A stretch of DNA of 63,582 bases, filler included, from Gonapodya sp. JEL0774 (GCA_027604505.1; 49 parts of 49 records of this genome joined end to end with filler, not necessarily neighbours in it); one strand, 5' to 3'. Shown: positions 25,909-39,110, counted from the first letter of the whole stretch. The notes: generated by a model not told the origin, from the letters alone. Program-made: numbers and translations.

Positions 25909-26018
25909 ATGTCCGTCAACAACTCTAACATCAAGTTCGTTGGCGTAAGGCTGAAACTCGGCGGTAACCTAGACAGCTGGAAAATGGCATTCAGCATTGT
26001 TGCAAACCAACTAGGAAT
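25909..26018 (+). mobile_element. Start of a further Copia-like Gag
   Basis: MSVNNSNIKFVGVRLKLGGNLDSWKMAFSIVANQLG resembles the L.g.N...W Gag N-terminus, and is open to the contig end. Confidence 0.5.
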
Positions 26019-26150
26019 NNNNNNNNNNNNNNNNNNNNNNNNNNNNNNNNNNNNNNNNNNNNTTAATTAATTAANNNNNNNNNNNNNNNNNNNNNNNNNN
26101 NNNNNNNNNNNNNNNNNNCTCAGTGCTGCGGCCGACCGCGGGACACTCAG

Positions 26151-27318
26151 CACACGCAACCGCTGACTTTTCCTCTCCATCACTCGCTCCAATGGCAGAA
26201 CACGAAGCGACTCCTTGCCTGCACGTCCCCTCCATCAACCCCGATGTTCTCTCCTTCACAGTTCCGCGTCTTTTCTCCGCCCGTGCAGCCATGTTCCGCT
26301 CGAACCCGCCATCAGACCAAATTCCGCCCGTCCTATGGCTGTGTCTCACCTGTGCAACTCTCACTCCATCGGGCGTATCTGCGTTTGATCCTCCTCCGCG
26401 GTGCTCGGCTCTTCCCGCTCCTCCGAACCATTCCTCTACCAATAGCACCGATTTAGTCGCCCACCCGCTGACTCTCGACATCGAGTCCGGCCGGTGCTGG
26501 TGTCATGCATGCAACTCTGACGTTCATGTGGCACCGGGTATCAACGATCTTGTGGACACGTGTGCCCGTCTGGTGTGCCATGCCATCGAAGCTGCCGGGG
26601 GTATGGACGGTATGCTTTTCTTGTCCGGGTTTATGGGTTCGATTACTGATTCATCCGATTTTGAATCCATTCAGATGTTCTCGGCTTCCCATCCCAATCA
26701 TCCACCGAATCTACCGGCTCTTCTGACTTCGAGCCGCCAGAACCTACATCCGACGCAACTGCCGCCTTCCCTTATCCAATCACCGCGCCGGGGCTTATCA
26801 ATCTCGGCCAGTAAGTTTCTTACGTTGCCTCTAGTTTTGATCGTTCCCCCGTGTTTTCAAATCGCCGGCTTTGTACGTTATATCACTCGCAGCACATGTT
26901 TCTTCAACTCTGCAATGCAGGTGTGTAGAACTTCCCCTTTACGAGTTGCTCTTATATTTCTCGACGCAGAAAAGCCTCCTTCCGGGGGCTTTTGCGATAC
27001 TATACAAAATACTCGATTTCCTCATTGGATGGGCAAGGATGCTGCATCGTATTCACACCGTTCTGTCTCTGGTCCTGAACTCACAATCATCCCCTCTACT
27101 TCAGAACCTCTCCCACTGCCGCCCACTCCTCCGCCATCTTCACGCTCTCCACCCGTCCCTCCCTCTCCCCACACCCCTCCTCTCCACCGCACTCACAAAC
27201 CCTCCCACACCCGTCTACCCAGGCCCACTCACAACACCTCTCTCGTCCGTCCTCATGTCCGTCTTTTCTCGCGCCTCAGGCTCTGTCCCACCTCCACATT
27301 CCCCCCCGTGGGAGCCAC
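26151..27318 (+). CDS. Ubiquitin-specific protease with zf-UBP (USP16/45-like), 5' part
   Basis: CLHV, LWLCLTC and HPL...WCHACNSDV zinc finger, plus a spliced Cys box GLINLG / TCFFNSAMQ. Confidence 0.8.
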
Positions 27319-27418
27319 NNNNNNNNNNNNNNNNNNNNNNNNNNNNNNNNNNNNNNNNNNNNTTAATTAATTAANNNNNNNNNNNNNNNNNNNNNNNNNN
27401 NNNNNNNNNNNNNNNNNN

Positions 27419-28618
27419 TCGCAACATATGTGGGTGCCACTCTGCGATACCAGGGTGCTTCGAGTTGGGAAACAGGTGCGTCCAAGTACAGCAAGCATTA
27501 ATGAGCGGGTGAAATGAATGGCAAGCATAACTTTCAAACTCTCAAACATTCAAGGAATGGTATTGGCCAGTTGGGGTCACAGAAACTAAGCTTATGGTGG
27601 TGATAACGAAGGGGGGCCAGAAAGTGCCGCAGTATCCAAACCGGATATTAAGTGAGCTGGACCTTCAGGTGCCGTTCTTGGCTATGGAGGAAGGTGCTAA
27701 TGGGGCGTTGGAGGAAAGGTGAGTTTGCTGTATCAGTCCATCTGAATGGCCGTACGTTACATCATCTTTGCTCAGGTTGTTCCGGTCGAAAGTGCTCTTG
27801 GATCACTTGGAGGGTCAGGCAAAGTCTGACGAGCGGGAGATCATGAAGCGGAGAATAGATGCGGATAAGCTGACACTACAGTTGATTCAGGTAAGCCAAA
27901 ATGGATCGCGAGTGCTTTTGCGTTTGAGTTCAGATTTGACTCTTTCCACATTTAGGCTGCATGTAAGGCTGAGAAAGTTCATCGGGCTTTGGATTTGTCG
28001 GCGCTCTTGAACCTGCCACAGTCCCTTGAGGGTGCCGGAAAACTGGCTGTTCATCATCATCTTCCAGGGCTCGCTGAAAGAATCAATCTTATGAAAGAGG
28101 TTAATGACGGTTTCGGAGTTGCTCGTTTGCAAATTGAAACATACCGGTCGCCTTCATATTCTAGGCCAAATCCTTGAAGTTGAGGGCCCAGATGTTGGAA
28201 CGCGAGACCATAACGGCTGCAGCAGCAGCAACAGCAAATAGCCATAAACGAGAATTGATGGAAAATGCCACCATTCTTGACGAGACTGGTCCAAGCGAGC
28301 ACGTACGTTTGGAGTCAGGTACGGCGGTAACCCACTCGACAGCACCCTCACTCCGTTTGGAGAGAAATTCTATCCCGAAAGCTAAGCCATTGATGAAAGG
28401 CGAGAATAGTCTTGTGAAACTCTGCTTCTCCTCCTGTGCTCACACGTTGCCCTCGATTCAGTGGAGCCTGTAAAGAGCGAACCAGTGGTAATCGAAGCTG
28501 CTCAGCCCAAAATGCAAAATCCCTTTGCTGTTAAAACGGATACGATTTCACGGGGGCATTTGCCGAAGAAAGATGCCCAAGAGAGCAACCCCAAAAAGCT
28601 TAGTGAGCTTCCACTTCG
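27419..28618 (+). CDS. CTF4: Ctf4/Mcl1/AND-1 replisome factor, SepB and helical region
   Basis: WVPLCDT / EWYWPVGV...ITKGG...LSELDLQVP / DKLTLQLIQ / ACKAEKVHRALDL...LAERI. Confidence 0.85.
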
Positions 28619-29042
28619 NNNNNNNNNNNNNNNNNNNNNNNNNNNNNNNNNNNNNNNNNNNNTTAATTAATTAANNNNNNNNNNNNNNNNNNNNNNNNNN
28701 NNNNNNNNNNNNNNNNNNCATTTAGGAGACCAGGCTTTGACTCACAAGTATCTGAGGAAGATGATAATGACAGCTGGATGATCGAAAATGGGCAGATCGA
28801 TTTAGGGAGCAGGCAAAGAAGCGAGAGCAATACTTGAAAGAACGTCAATTTCGAGACACTCAAATTCCAGAAAGGCAATAAGACACAGCTAATACTCAAT
28901 ACAGATATCTTAAGACTGCTCGTATTCTTCTTGCGCATGTCCATCACATTCAAATTAATTGCCGGAAAAGAGTGTGACCAAAGCAGGAACGTGCTCAAGC
29001 TTCCTTCACTCGTCCCCTCCCCACCCGCGCGCTCTCTGCACA

Positions 29043-29855
29043 ATGAGTCACCGTTCGGACACGTCGGTTCTGTACACTCCAATCCGCGGGAGTCCTCCGC
29101 CCCCAGCGTCGAGCGGGTCCCAGCCATCGACTCTCGAAGATTCCCTCACGGCTTCTGTGAACTCCGCACCCAGCGGGCCACTGCAGGGATGGGCTTCAAC
29201 ACAGCAAATACTTCGCGACTGGACACAATATCTGAGTGGTTCTTCCGTCGAGCATCGTCAGCAGCTGCCTGAACACTACGCCGGGTCTGAACCTGTTGGA
29301 CCTGGAGAAAAACCCATCATACTGCCAGTCCGGGTAGAACCAAAAATTGTATTTGCCAACGAGCGGACATTTTTGACTTGGATGCACTTTGTGAGTTTCT
29401 CTCTCAGAAGGGGTAGTAATATGGGGGTAATTTCTCCGAGGTGATCCACCTCAGCGACTTGAGATGGAAAAGGGTTGGTCGAGAAGCTTTACAAAGAGCT
29501 ATGTGGACTCGAGTCGGTTCTTTGATGACACTTGGAGCTCTCCCTACATGTGTGTCCACTTCTACGCTGACGAAACCTCCCACGATGCGTTTCACAGGGT
29601 GTTGTTCTTACAACTCTCTCCGTGACCCTCCTCAACTTCGCGGACACGGTGGGACAAATTGCAGGATTGTTTTTCACCGTCGCTGCGACAGCCACACTTG
29701 TTTACGGACTTATGCTGTTCTTGTGGCGCTCGCAAAAGATTCGCAACCGGGACCGGGAGCCTTACGACAGCGTTATGGGTCCAACGGCACTCATGGCAGT
29801 ACTTTTTGTTGGTGTATTTCTGAACTTCGCCTTGCGGCTTGTTGAGTGGCAGTAG
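29043..29855 (+). CDS. VTC1: Vacuolar transporter chaperone 1 (DUF202), 2 exons
   Basis: LPVRVEPKIVFANERTFLTW / LLNFADTVGQIAG...FLWRSQKIRNR...PYD..GPT. Confidence 0.9.
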
Positions 29856-30018
29856 GCCCATTCCATATTGGTTCTTTGGACATTCAGCCTCTTTAGAAGC
29901 AACTAGTGCAATACTTTANNNNNNNNNNNNNNNNNNNNNNNNNNNNNNNNNNNNNNNNNNNNTTAATTAATTAANNNNNNNNNNNNNNNNNNNNNNNNNN
30001 NNNNNNNNNNNNNNNNNN

Positions 30019-31218
30019 CGTGCGAACTTATGATATAGAAAGGGGCACTCACATGATGACGCTGTTTGAAGGTTCAAAACAATGTTAGCAACTGCTGCCG
30101 CTGAAAAAGGATTTTCCGAGGATACGTACAACAGCACGAAGTGGTTGACCCGCTGCAGAGAGTGTTCCCTGATTCACAAGCACATCTCCCTAATAGCACG
30201 TTTGGTTACTCCCCGCTGCATGCGTCGATCAACTCCAAATCTCAACATACCGTTAATGCAATAAAGATTGTTAACGCACTGGTTGCTGTTTGCACACGTG
30301 GCACCAGAGGCACCATTGGAACTTGAGGCTTCTCAATGTGGGTAGTAAGAAAAGCGAGGCGTGCGAACTTATGATATAGAAAGGGGCACTCACAAGATGA
30401 CGCTGTTTGAACGTTCAAAACGATGTTAGCAACTGCTGACCCCACATAAGGATTTTGCGAGGATACGTACCACAGCACGAAGTGGTTGACCCGCTACAGA
30501 GAGTGTTCCCAGATTCACAAGCACATCTCCCTAATAACACGTTTGGTTACTCCCCGCTGGATGCATTGATCNNNNNNNNNNNNNNNNNNNNNNNNNNNNN
30601 NNNNNNNNNNNNNNNNNNNNNNNNNNNNNNNNNNNNNNNNNNNNNNNNNNNNNNNNNNNNNNNNNNNNNTCAACTCCAAATCTCAACATACCGTTAATGC
30701 AATAAAGATTGTTAGCGCACTGGTTGCTGTTTGCACACGTGGCGCCCGAGGCACCACTGGAGCTTGAGGCTTCTCAATGTCGGTAGTAAGAACAGCGAGC
30801 CGTGCGAACTTATGATATAGAAAGAGGCACTCACATGATGACGCTGTTTGAAGTTTCAAAACAATGTTAGCAACAGCTGCCGCTGACAAAGGATTTTCCG
30901 AGGATACGTACAACAGCACGAAGTGGTTGACCCGCTGCAGAGAGTTTTCCCAGATTCACAAGCACATCTCCCTAATAGCACGTTTGCTTACTCCCCGCTG
31001 CATGCGTCGATCAACTCCAAATCTCAACATACCGTTAATGCAATAAAGATTGTTAGCGCACTGGTTGCTGTTTGCACACGTGGCGCCAGAGGCACCATTG
31101 GAGCTTGAGGCTTCTCAATGTGGGTAGTAAGAACAGCGAGGCGTGCGAACTTATGATATAGAAAGGGGCACTCACATGATGACGCTGTTTGAAGGTTCAA
31201 AACAATGTTAGCAACTGC
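30019..31218. repeat. 341-bp tandem satellite, more than 3 copies filling the whole contig
   Basis: Unit start CGTGCGAACTTATGATATAG at 30019, 30360, 30801 and 31142. The period is 341 once the internal N gap (30572-30669) is allowed for. Copies differ by scattered substitutions. Confidence 0.95.
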
Positions 31219-31318
31219 NNNNNNNNNNNNNNNNNNNNNNNNNNNNNNNNNNNNNNNNNNNNTTAATTAATTAANNNNNNNNNNNNNNNNNNNNNNNNNN
31301 NNNNNNNNNNNNNNNNNN

Positions 31319-32489
31319 ATTCACTAAAGAGGTTCGGCGGGATTCGCTACATACCAACTGAGCGAGCGTGTAATCACTCCCTGGCGTAATATTCTCAAGA
31401 ATGTCCAGGTTAAATGATGTGAACCGATCGATAACGTGGACACCGAGGTCCAGGTCGGCGTAATGCTGTGTTCGTTGACGCAGCGTTATGACAAGTGAAT
31501 ATCGCTCTGTCCGCATCGACAATGACCTCACCGAGTATGAGCTCTCACCCTTTTCGGAGCTGCCGACGGCAAGAATGTTGGGTGAGTAGAAGCGCTCGTA
31601 CAGGGTGTTGGCCTGACACGTGTCCGCCATAAAGAGGATCTCATGGTATCTCAGAAAAGTAAGAGCAGTCAGGCTATCACTTTATTACAACCAGAATCAT
31701 TGTGCAGCTCACCTCCTCTTCTCCCACATTTGTTCAAAAGCATCGGCGATGTCCCAGCTCGAGATTTCTTCATTGTCCTGGAACTTGAGGAACTCGTCAC
31801 CGCCATGCCCCGTCATGTACACGAGTACATTGGATCTATCATCAGTAAGAAGACGCTTGGAGCGAGGGACGGAGGGATCGTGGCGGCCTGGTATCGTATG
31901 GTTGAAGAAACAATTGTAACACCAGAGTCCACCTTACTGTGTCTCACCAGTCATAAGACGAATAAAGTTCTCCACGGTCACCTCATATCCTCGATAATCT
32001 ACCTCAATGTTTTCGCCGTATAAATCAAGCTTTCTTTCATGTGTATTATAAACCGAGCCGGGAGCGCCATTTCGAGGGTTGCATGCAACGTCATCCGCCA
32101 GCATCAGGATAATGTTCGAGTCGGGGATGCCTGATCATTGTTAAGCAATGTGCATAGCGAAATGTCCGTGAGGTCCTATAATTTGTCCATGTACATGAAT
32201 GCTCACCAAGTCGCTTCACAGTCCGATAGATCGAGAGCGTATTTGCTATGTGCCTGTAGTTGAACCAGTATCGTGACGTGTCCACAAGAACGGCCCAGTT
32301 GTTGGTATGGCCGGAGCGACTGAAAAATCGATCCAGATCGTCTGTGTTCCCTCTGGTGGACGATGGCGATGCTCCCGTTGAAGCGAACGCTCCACCTCCA
32401 CTGGCCACAAGCAGGCCGAAGGCAATGAAAGTTATCGTTAGCAGTGACTCTTTTACGCGCATAGCGGCGAACCGTTTGGTTATCGGCAC
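31319..32489 (-). CDS. GPI8: GPI transamidase catalytic subunit (PIG-K), multi-exon
   Basis: [50 protein letters not shown]. Confidence 0.97.
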
Positions 32490-32617
32490 ATGGGTTTCGA
32501 ATAAGAGTGTTGCAGGGNNNNNNNNNNNNNNNNNNNNNNNNNNNNNNNNNNNNNNNNNNNNTTAATTAATTAANNNNNNNNNNNNNNNNNNNNNNNNNNN
32601 NNNNNNNNNNNNNNNNN

Positions 32618-33490
32618 AGTAAGGCAGCGGCGGTGAGTACGGGTCGGAGGTGGAGAATACAAGTGGAACGTCCAAGCTAGTCGCGAGGGTCGAATCTCAA
32701 CGTGCCGCCTCCGGCCTCCCATTCCCTTTCCTTCCGACACTACCTAGAACCACCTCACACGCGTCCTCGCCGCCCAACTCGCCAAGTGAGTGCCCCCATT
32801 CCCCCATTCCCCACTCCCTTCCTCCGTTCCTCCGTTCCTCCATCCCCACTCCGACCTTGCTTCCCTTTCCTCCCATCCCACCACCCCACCACCCCTCCCC
32901 CTCCCGTCCCTGTCCCGCCCTAAAGACGTTACATCACCGTCAACTGCATCGCCCCCGGCATCTTCCCCTCCCGCATGACCGCGTTCGGGTTCCGCACCGC
33001 GGGAGACAAGATGGCGGCGGGGCAGGTCATGGGTGAGTAGAGGGAGGGACCCTTGAGTTCCTGGGGCGACGGGCGACGTGCGGCGTGTGCCGTGTGTCTT
33101 TGGTTTTGGTTTTGGCACCGCGTTGGGGGATAGTGAGGGTATACTGATCCGCACCGCACCGCACATCGCCTCACCACGCACGCACGCACGCCCGCCGATC
33201 CGAATCCGGCTCCGGCCCCGTCTCAAGGCCGCGCGGGAGAGACGACGGATATGGCCGGGTGAGTCTTGTTCCCGCCCCGCCCCCCCCCCTCCAATCTCCC
33301 TGTGCCAACTCTCACCACAACCGCACACCGTCCTCCCTACGTCACCTCGTCGAACCCGCTGAATCCGCCCGACCCCGCTCGAACCCGCCACACCCTCCAC
33401 ATCCTCCACCGCCGTCCCGCCAGCCTCGGCCTCTTCCTGGCCTCCAAGGCGTCGTCGCACATCACCGGAGCGGTTATTCCACTAGAGTGA
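32618..33490 (+). CDS. Short-chain dehydrogenase/reductase, C-terminal exons
   Basis: Spliced SKAA / HLTRVLAAQLA / ITVNCIAPGIFPSRMT / DMAG / LFLASKASSHITGAVIPL. Confidence 0.8.
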
Positions 33491-35215
33491 GTCGCGTTGT
33501 GTTATAGAGTTTTTTGGGGCGAGAGGCCGAGAGGCCAGGGTGACGTGTTGCTGCGTTTAAACGTGTTTGACCAATCCTCTGTTGCACGCTCTTTTTCGTT
33601 TCGATTTTGGCTTGTGGGGAATGATCGGAATCGAAATGTTTGTAGTGGTGGCACGTCGCTTCGGTCGTCGGCGTATGCAAGGATATAGAGTGGCCGTTTG
33701 TCGTATGCAGCGTTGTTATGCCCAGTGTATTGGCGTGTCCAATTGGCAATGGACCATACCACGGCCGAACTCGTTTCCAAAATCTTTTGCCGTCCGTCCG
33801 CCATGACGAGACGAAANNNNNNNNNNNNNNNNNNNNNNNNNNNNNNNNNNNNNNNNNNNNTTAATTAATTAANNNNNNNNNNNNNNNNNNNNNNNNNNNN
33901 NNNNNNNNNNNNNNNNGGGGTGCCGCATGTGGAGCAGAGCTTAGAGTCCACGGGGTACGATGCGGGTGTGGAGGGGGCGAAGGGGCTCGCGACCGCGCCG
34001 GTGACGCGGCTGAGAGCACCGCCGCCACCGTTGCCGCTCCTGAACACACCGGTGGAACTTATCGCTGAGGATGGGTTCCGTTCCTGCTCCTGCCCTTGCA
34101 CCATTCCCGTCCTTCCCACACTCCCCGCCCTCCCCTGTCCCTGCCCCTCCCCCTCCCACCCCGGCAACGCCGGCAACGCCGGCAAGTTCTGCAGCTGGTC
34201 CCCCCATCCTCCAGCTCCACCTCGTCCCGCACCAAGCTTCACCCCGCTCGTACCGCCGGAGATCATCCCCTCCGAGTCCACCTGTGCCATCACAGACGGA
34301 CCACCCGGCGGCGGTGATGCGGCCGCGTACGAAGGTGTGTCTGTGCCACTCGAGTCGTCCCCGGCGGCTTGGACCGCGAGTTGGGCGAGGAGGTTGTCTT
34401 TGGGGTGGGAGGATGGGAAGGGGGGGCAATAGGTGTCCGTGTGAACGGTGCTGATGGACAAGGGCGGATCACACTGAAAGGTCACGCTGTCTCACCGAGA
34501 TCGTCGAGAGTTCTTTTCTGCGTCATTTTGCTGCGATAATCGGGCTGGATACAGTGGATTTACGATCGGTTGTTCGCTGGTTGCTCACCAGAGTAGGATC
34601 GGCGAAGTGGAAAGTTGCACTGCGAACGCCGTCAGATCTCAGTGATATTTACGCACCCTGGCAAGACCAACCACATCCTGCCCACCATGGGAGGCATCTT
34701 CACTGCATCTACACGGGGTTTCCAAAGTGCCCCTCAATGTCCCCATCCACCCCGCAACACCCCAACATTGACGCGTCACCACCGCATGATCCACCCCTGA
34801 GTGAACAACTGCCCAAACTGTTTTTGCGTCGTTTACGTACTTTCTTTCGGCCGTTTTGTCTGGGAGAGGTGGAGAGAGTGCTGGATCTGGACTTGGCGAG
34901 ATGCAACTGTGATCGGCCAAGTGCAGACCTGTATAAGTGATCGACGCCAAGCACCGACCCCGCCATCTCCACCCCGCCCAGAAAACACATACAAAAACGC
35001 ATCACGGCTTGTTCATTTCCCACATGATACATCGAAACACACACACATCAAACTACGTTCCCTCCCCTTCGTTCCAACCTTCCCACCCAGGCCATACAGC
35101 TTAGCCACCAAATTTNNNNNNNNNNNNNNNNNNNNNNNNNNNNNNNNNNNNNNNNNNNNTTAATTAATTAANNNNNNNNNNNNNNNNNNNNNNNNNNNNN
35201 NNNNNNNNNNNNNNN

Positions 35216-35762
35216 TTGCGTAATGGCAAGGGCAAGAGCTGAGAGGAGAGCGACAGTCGTTTTTGAGGTGGTTGTAGATGCCAGTTTCATTGCGGCGGTC
35301 TATAGGGACTCCGCAGTGCCTGAGAGGGCAGGCTATTTTGGGGCATGCTGAATTCGTCGTGCCGTTGCGGTGGTGAATCAATTTTCCCAGAAGCATCACC
35401 TTCTTGCACAGAATGCAGGGTACACTGATTGCTTTTGCTTGGTTGACTTGATGCATGGCGTCTGGGAACTCGATAAGAATTTTTCCCTTGCAATCAGGCA
35501 ACTCGCATTCACAACCGCCTCTGTTGGTAAACTGGATAGAACAGGATGTGCATGTGGCGTGCCCTTTCAAGCAGACGATCTTCATGACTAGGCGAATGTT
35601 GCAAATGGGGCATACCAGGTTGGATTGGAGCAACATCGACGTGTCGGGGATTCCAAGATCGTCGAAATTGTCGTGAATGGTGAGTGTTGGGTAAGAATGG
35701 TCCGCTTTGATTCTCTGGTGCAACTGTTCGATAGTGGAGTGGTAATTTTTCCACGGCGACAC
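35216..35762 (-). CDS. RING plus TRAF/SINA-type zinc-finger protein fragment
   Basis: CPIC...CLKGHATCTSC...C RING, followed by C-x2-C...H...C fingers (HLKNDC). Confidence 0.65.
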
Positions 35763-36737
35763 GTCCGCCGAATGCAGAGTGATACTGGTGACGTCCTAGT
35801 AGAACATGGGTGGGGGTGGGCGGTGGGAAGACGATGCAAGGTTCGCTCTAGAGACAAACTCACCTCTTCGGAATCGCATCTGTGACGGAGATCATCCTAC
35901 AGGCACCGCGAATCAGATAAGGGGTATAGAAAAAGAAGAAGGTCCTGAACGATTCACCATCAACTGACGACGTTTTGGAACCGGTGAGGCATCGGACCAA
36001 TGCCCGTCTATATCGGATGTTTCAAATGTTTCGCTCGCTTCCGAAGAGTCCTGAAGAAGACGGATGTGAGGTATGAGCGATTTGGGGAGTGGGTGGAGAA
36101 AAAGAAGCAGGATTGGCTGAAGCTCCACTCTCCATTCTAAAACCATGCAAATCAGTAGGAAGGTGGCGATAGCAGTGGTGGAGAGTTGTGTCTTTGCAAT
36201 TCATTTGTGTGTTTAAAGCACTGGGTTTAACGAACAGAAGTGATACAAATACACTGAGTGTGCCTTGCTCACCGGTTGTGATACATTGAATGTTGCCCAA
36301 TCGGGGAAGATCCAGCTCGGGGCGAGGTGGCGGACCCTGCCCTGCAACCCACAAGATTGTCCAGCAGCACTGTTGGAGGGCTTTCTCGACCGAAACCCCC
36401 CCAAAAAATCTCTTNNNNNNNNNNNNNNNNNNNNNNNNNNNNNNNNNNNNNNNNNNNNTTAATTAATTAANNNNNNNNNNNNNNNNNNNNNNNNNNNNNN
36501 NNNNNNNNNNNNNNTCAGTGTCATTTGTATTCATTTGCTTGCTTCATCTTGTGAGTTTTCAATGATCGGCGGAGCGAGCCACTGTGTAATGACTCTTCTT
36601 CCTGGGCAGGCAAACGAGAAGACACTCGCAATTGATTCTGCCAAACCTGGCTCACTCGTGGAACTCAGTATTTCTCGTTCCTAAATGTAAAATTTTTCTC
36701 TGCAATGCTTAATGTAAACGGCTTAAATCTGTCTACA

Positions 36738-37712
36738 TTAAGAATTCGTCGATGTAGTTGCCTGGGCCTCCTGTGGAGCAGCAGTACTGTTCTCCGGGCT
36801 GGTACGGTTCCGAGACGCGTTGACCACATCCCACTTCGGTTTGGCGTTTCCTGGTCTCCGAGAAATCTTGCGCGCTCGCTTGTCCAAGTGAGCTTCAATG
36901 TCTGTAAGTGACACGCCAACACTAGCACACCGCACCAACGCAAAGTATATGAGGTCCGCGGCTTCCGAAGCGACATCCTGAGGCGTCTCAGCGTCACACA
37001 ACTCTTCCGCCTCCTCCATGATTTTTGATCTCAATAAGTTCGTATCCTTGAAGAGCTGTTGAGTGTACGAGCCCGCGGGAGCCGACGCAAGTCGACTGCG
37101 GAGCAGTGCGTCAAGAGCGGTAATACCACTGTCCGCGCCAAAACACGTTCGCGTATTCAGGTGGCAAAACCCTTTCCGGGCAAAAGGTAATATAAGCATT
37201 GAACTTTCGACACTGCTTCTGAAGGAGGATCGGTGGCTCACCTGGGTCTTGTTGGTGCACCATAAAACGCAGACAATCCTTATCGCAGTCAACGTCAATC
37301 CGTAGCAAAGATTGTGTCGCACCAGATGTGAGGCCCTTGTGCCAGAGACCACGAGAGCGAGAGTGGTATACACCCTGCCGTGTTCTGAGTGCCTCTGTCA
37401 CACTTTTCACAGACGAATAAGCAACACCAAGGGCGACCCCTTGCTCATCTACGACAACTGTGGTGAATAGGCCGTCGGACCGATCGGTAATCAAGCACGA
37501 ACAAAAAGCTTCCCCAAGCTCGATTTTCCCTGTCGATGTGATTGATGCATGATGTGTGAAAGTACACTGTTCAACAGTGACGAATGCTACGCTAGCATAC
37601 ACACCTTGTTCGACGTTACTAATAGAAATAGAGCTGGAGTTGATAACCATATCTATCCCGATTCCGTCAAAGTTCCCAATCATGGATGAGGTATTCAACG
37701 ACGAAGGCAAAG
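36738..37712 (-). CDS. His4-like PRA-CH / PRA-PH (HisIE), 3' part; ends without a histidinol dehydrogenase domain
   Basis: TDRSDGLFTTVV, SRSRGLWHKGLTSGATQ, DCDKDCL, FCHLNTRTCF, KIMEEAEELC, EAADLIYFA, RRPGNAKP, then a stop. Confidence 0.9.
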
Positions 37713-39110
37713 NNNNNNNNNNNNNNNNNNNNNNNNNNNNNNNNNNNNNNNNNNNNTTAATTAATTAANNNNNNNNNNNNNNNNNNNNNNNNNNNNNNNN
37801 NNNNNNNNNNNNCCCTGAAGGAAATCCGTTCCACCCTGAATACATTTTTTGTGTTGTGGCAATCTGTGACAACCATGATCATTTTGGATGGTGTAGTAAG
37901 CGGTCGTGATGAGTTTGGAGAGACAAAGCGAGCAGGACTCGGGTGGAGAGGTGTCGTTGGTGGTACGCTGGTTGTATTCGTTGCCTGGACCGCAACTGAG
38001 AGTGCTTTCTGGCGATGATGGAACTTGGTATATACGGCTGAGTTCTCGTATTTATTGTTTGTAAGCTAATAGGGATGTTCGCATCAATGTATGAACAGTA
38101 TTTTCCGCACTCAGTCAATTTCCACGGACACGAATCGATAATCGAACATTGCCTAATCCGAACTACTCGGGACTTATCATTGGAGAATCAAATAACCACC
38201 GGCAATTTGTACTCGGTGCGCGCTCTTTTCCGTCTGCCGAATTCCAACATCACGGACAGCTCTAATCGACGTTTCCACGGCCTCTCTTCATACCTTCAGG
38301 TTTCACAATGGAGATGGGAAATCACTCGATGCATCACTTCGATACATCCACGCCTCCGTGGATCGCCAATCCTCAGGTATGTTTCTACGGCCGGAATCGC
38401 ATCGATGTTGGAGACGTCATCGTGGAGGATCGGAGCACCTTTCGGGTTCTCTTCTCAACGCTGAGTCCAATCTCAAACCGATGTCTCATCAACGGTTTCT
38501 TTTTGCAGGCCTACTATGGATCACCTCTACCGTGGGAAGATTCCGCTCTATTGGTGCACAGCGCGTTTGGTGTGGTTGTCGTTGCTGCCTGTGGCATTGG
38601 TGAGGATTCAGGTTGTTCCTCGGCCTCGAAGGGGTTTCTAATTCATTTCGTGAAAATTTCGGAACATTCGTTCTCTCCCCAGCGGCAGTCCTTTCTCTGT
38701 CTGGATACCGTGTTCCGCGTGCGGGATTGGTTCTTCTCCCTTCGAGTACGCTCCTGTCGCTTCTCCCTCTCGCGTCCCGCCAATCAGCCCGTTACGAATC
38801 CACCCTTGCACACGGCCCATTCGCATGGGCACTCGTTCTTCTCACTATTTCTTGGTCTGTCGCTGGCTGGTTCGTCAATCTCCCCATCGGAATCAAATCG
38901 GCACTCGTGGATGCTGAGTCGGCCCCTGACGATGAAGTCATTTCCCTTGACGGCCACGAGAGTTCCAGCTTGACAAGCTCTTCTACGCTACACGGTCAAG
39001 ATGCGAAATCNNNNNNNNNNNNNNNNNNNNNNNNNNNNNNNNNNNNNNNNNNNNTTAATTAATTAANNNNNNNNNNNNNNNNNNNNNNNNNNNNNNNNNN
39101 NNNNNNNNNN

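Noticed and set aside
30019..31218. Short ORFs and C/D-box-like motifs (ATGATGA, CTGA) within the satellite
   Set aside because: A unit length of 341 breaks frame, the ORFs are short, and the boxes are not conserved in all copies. No 5S rRNA, tRNA or snRNA similarity was recognised.
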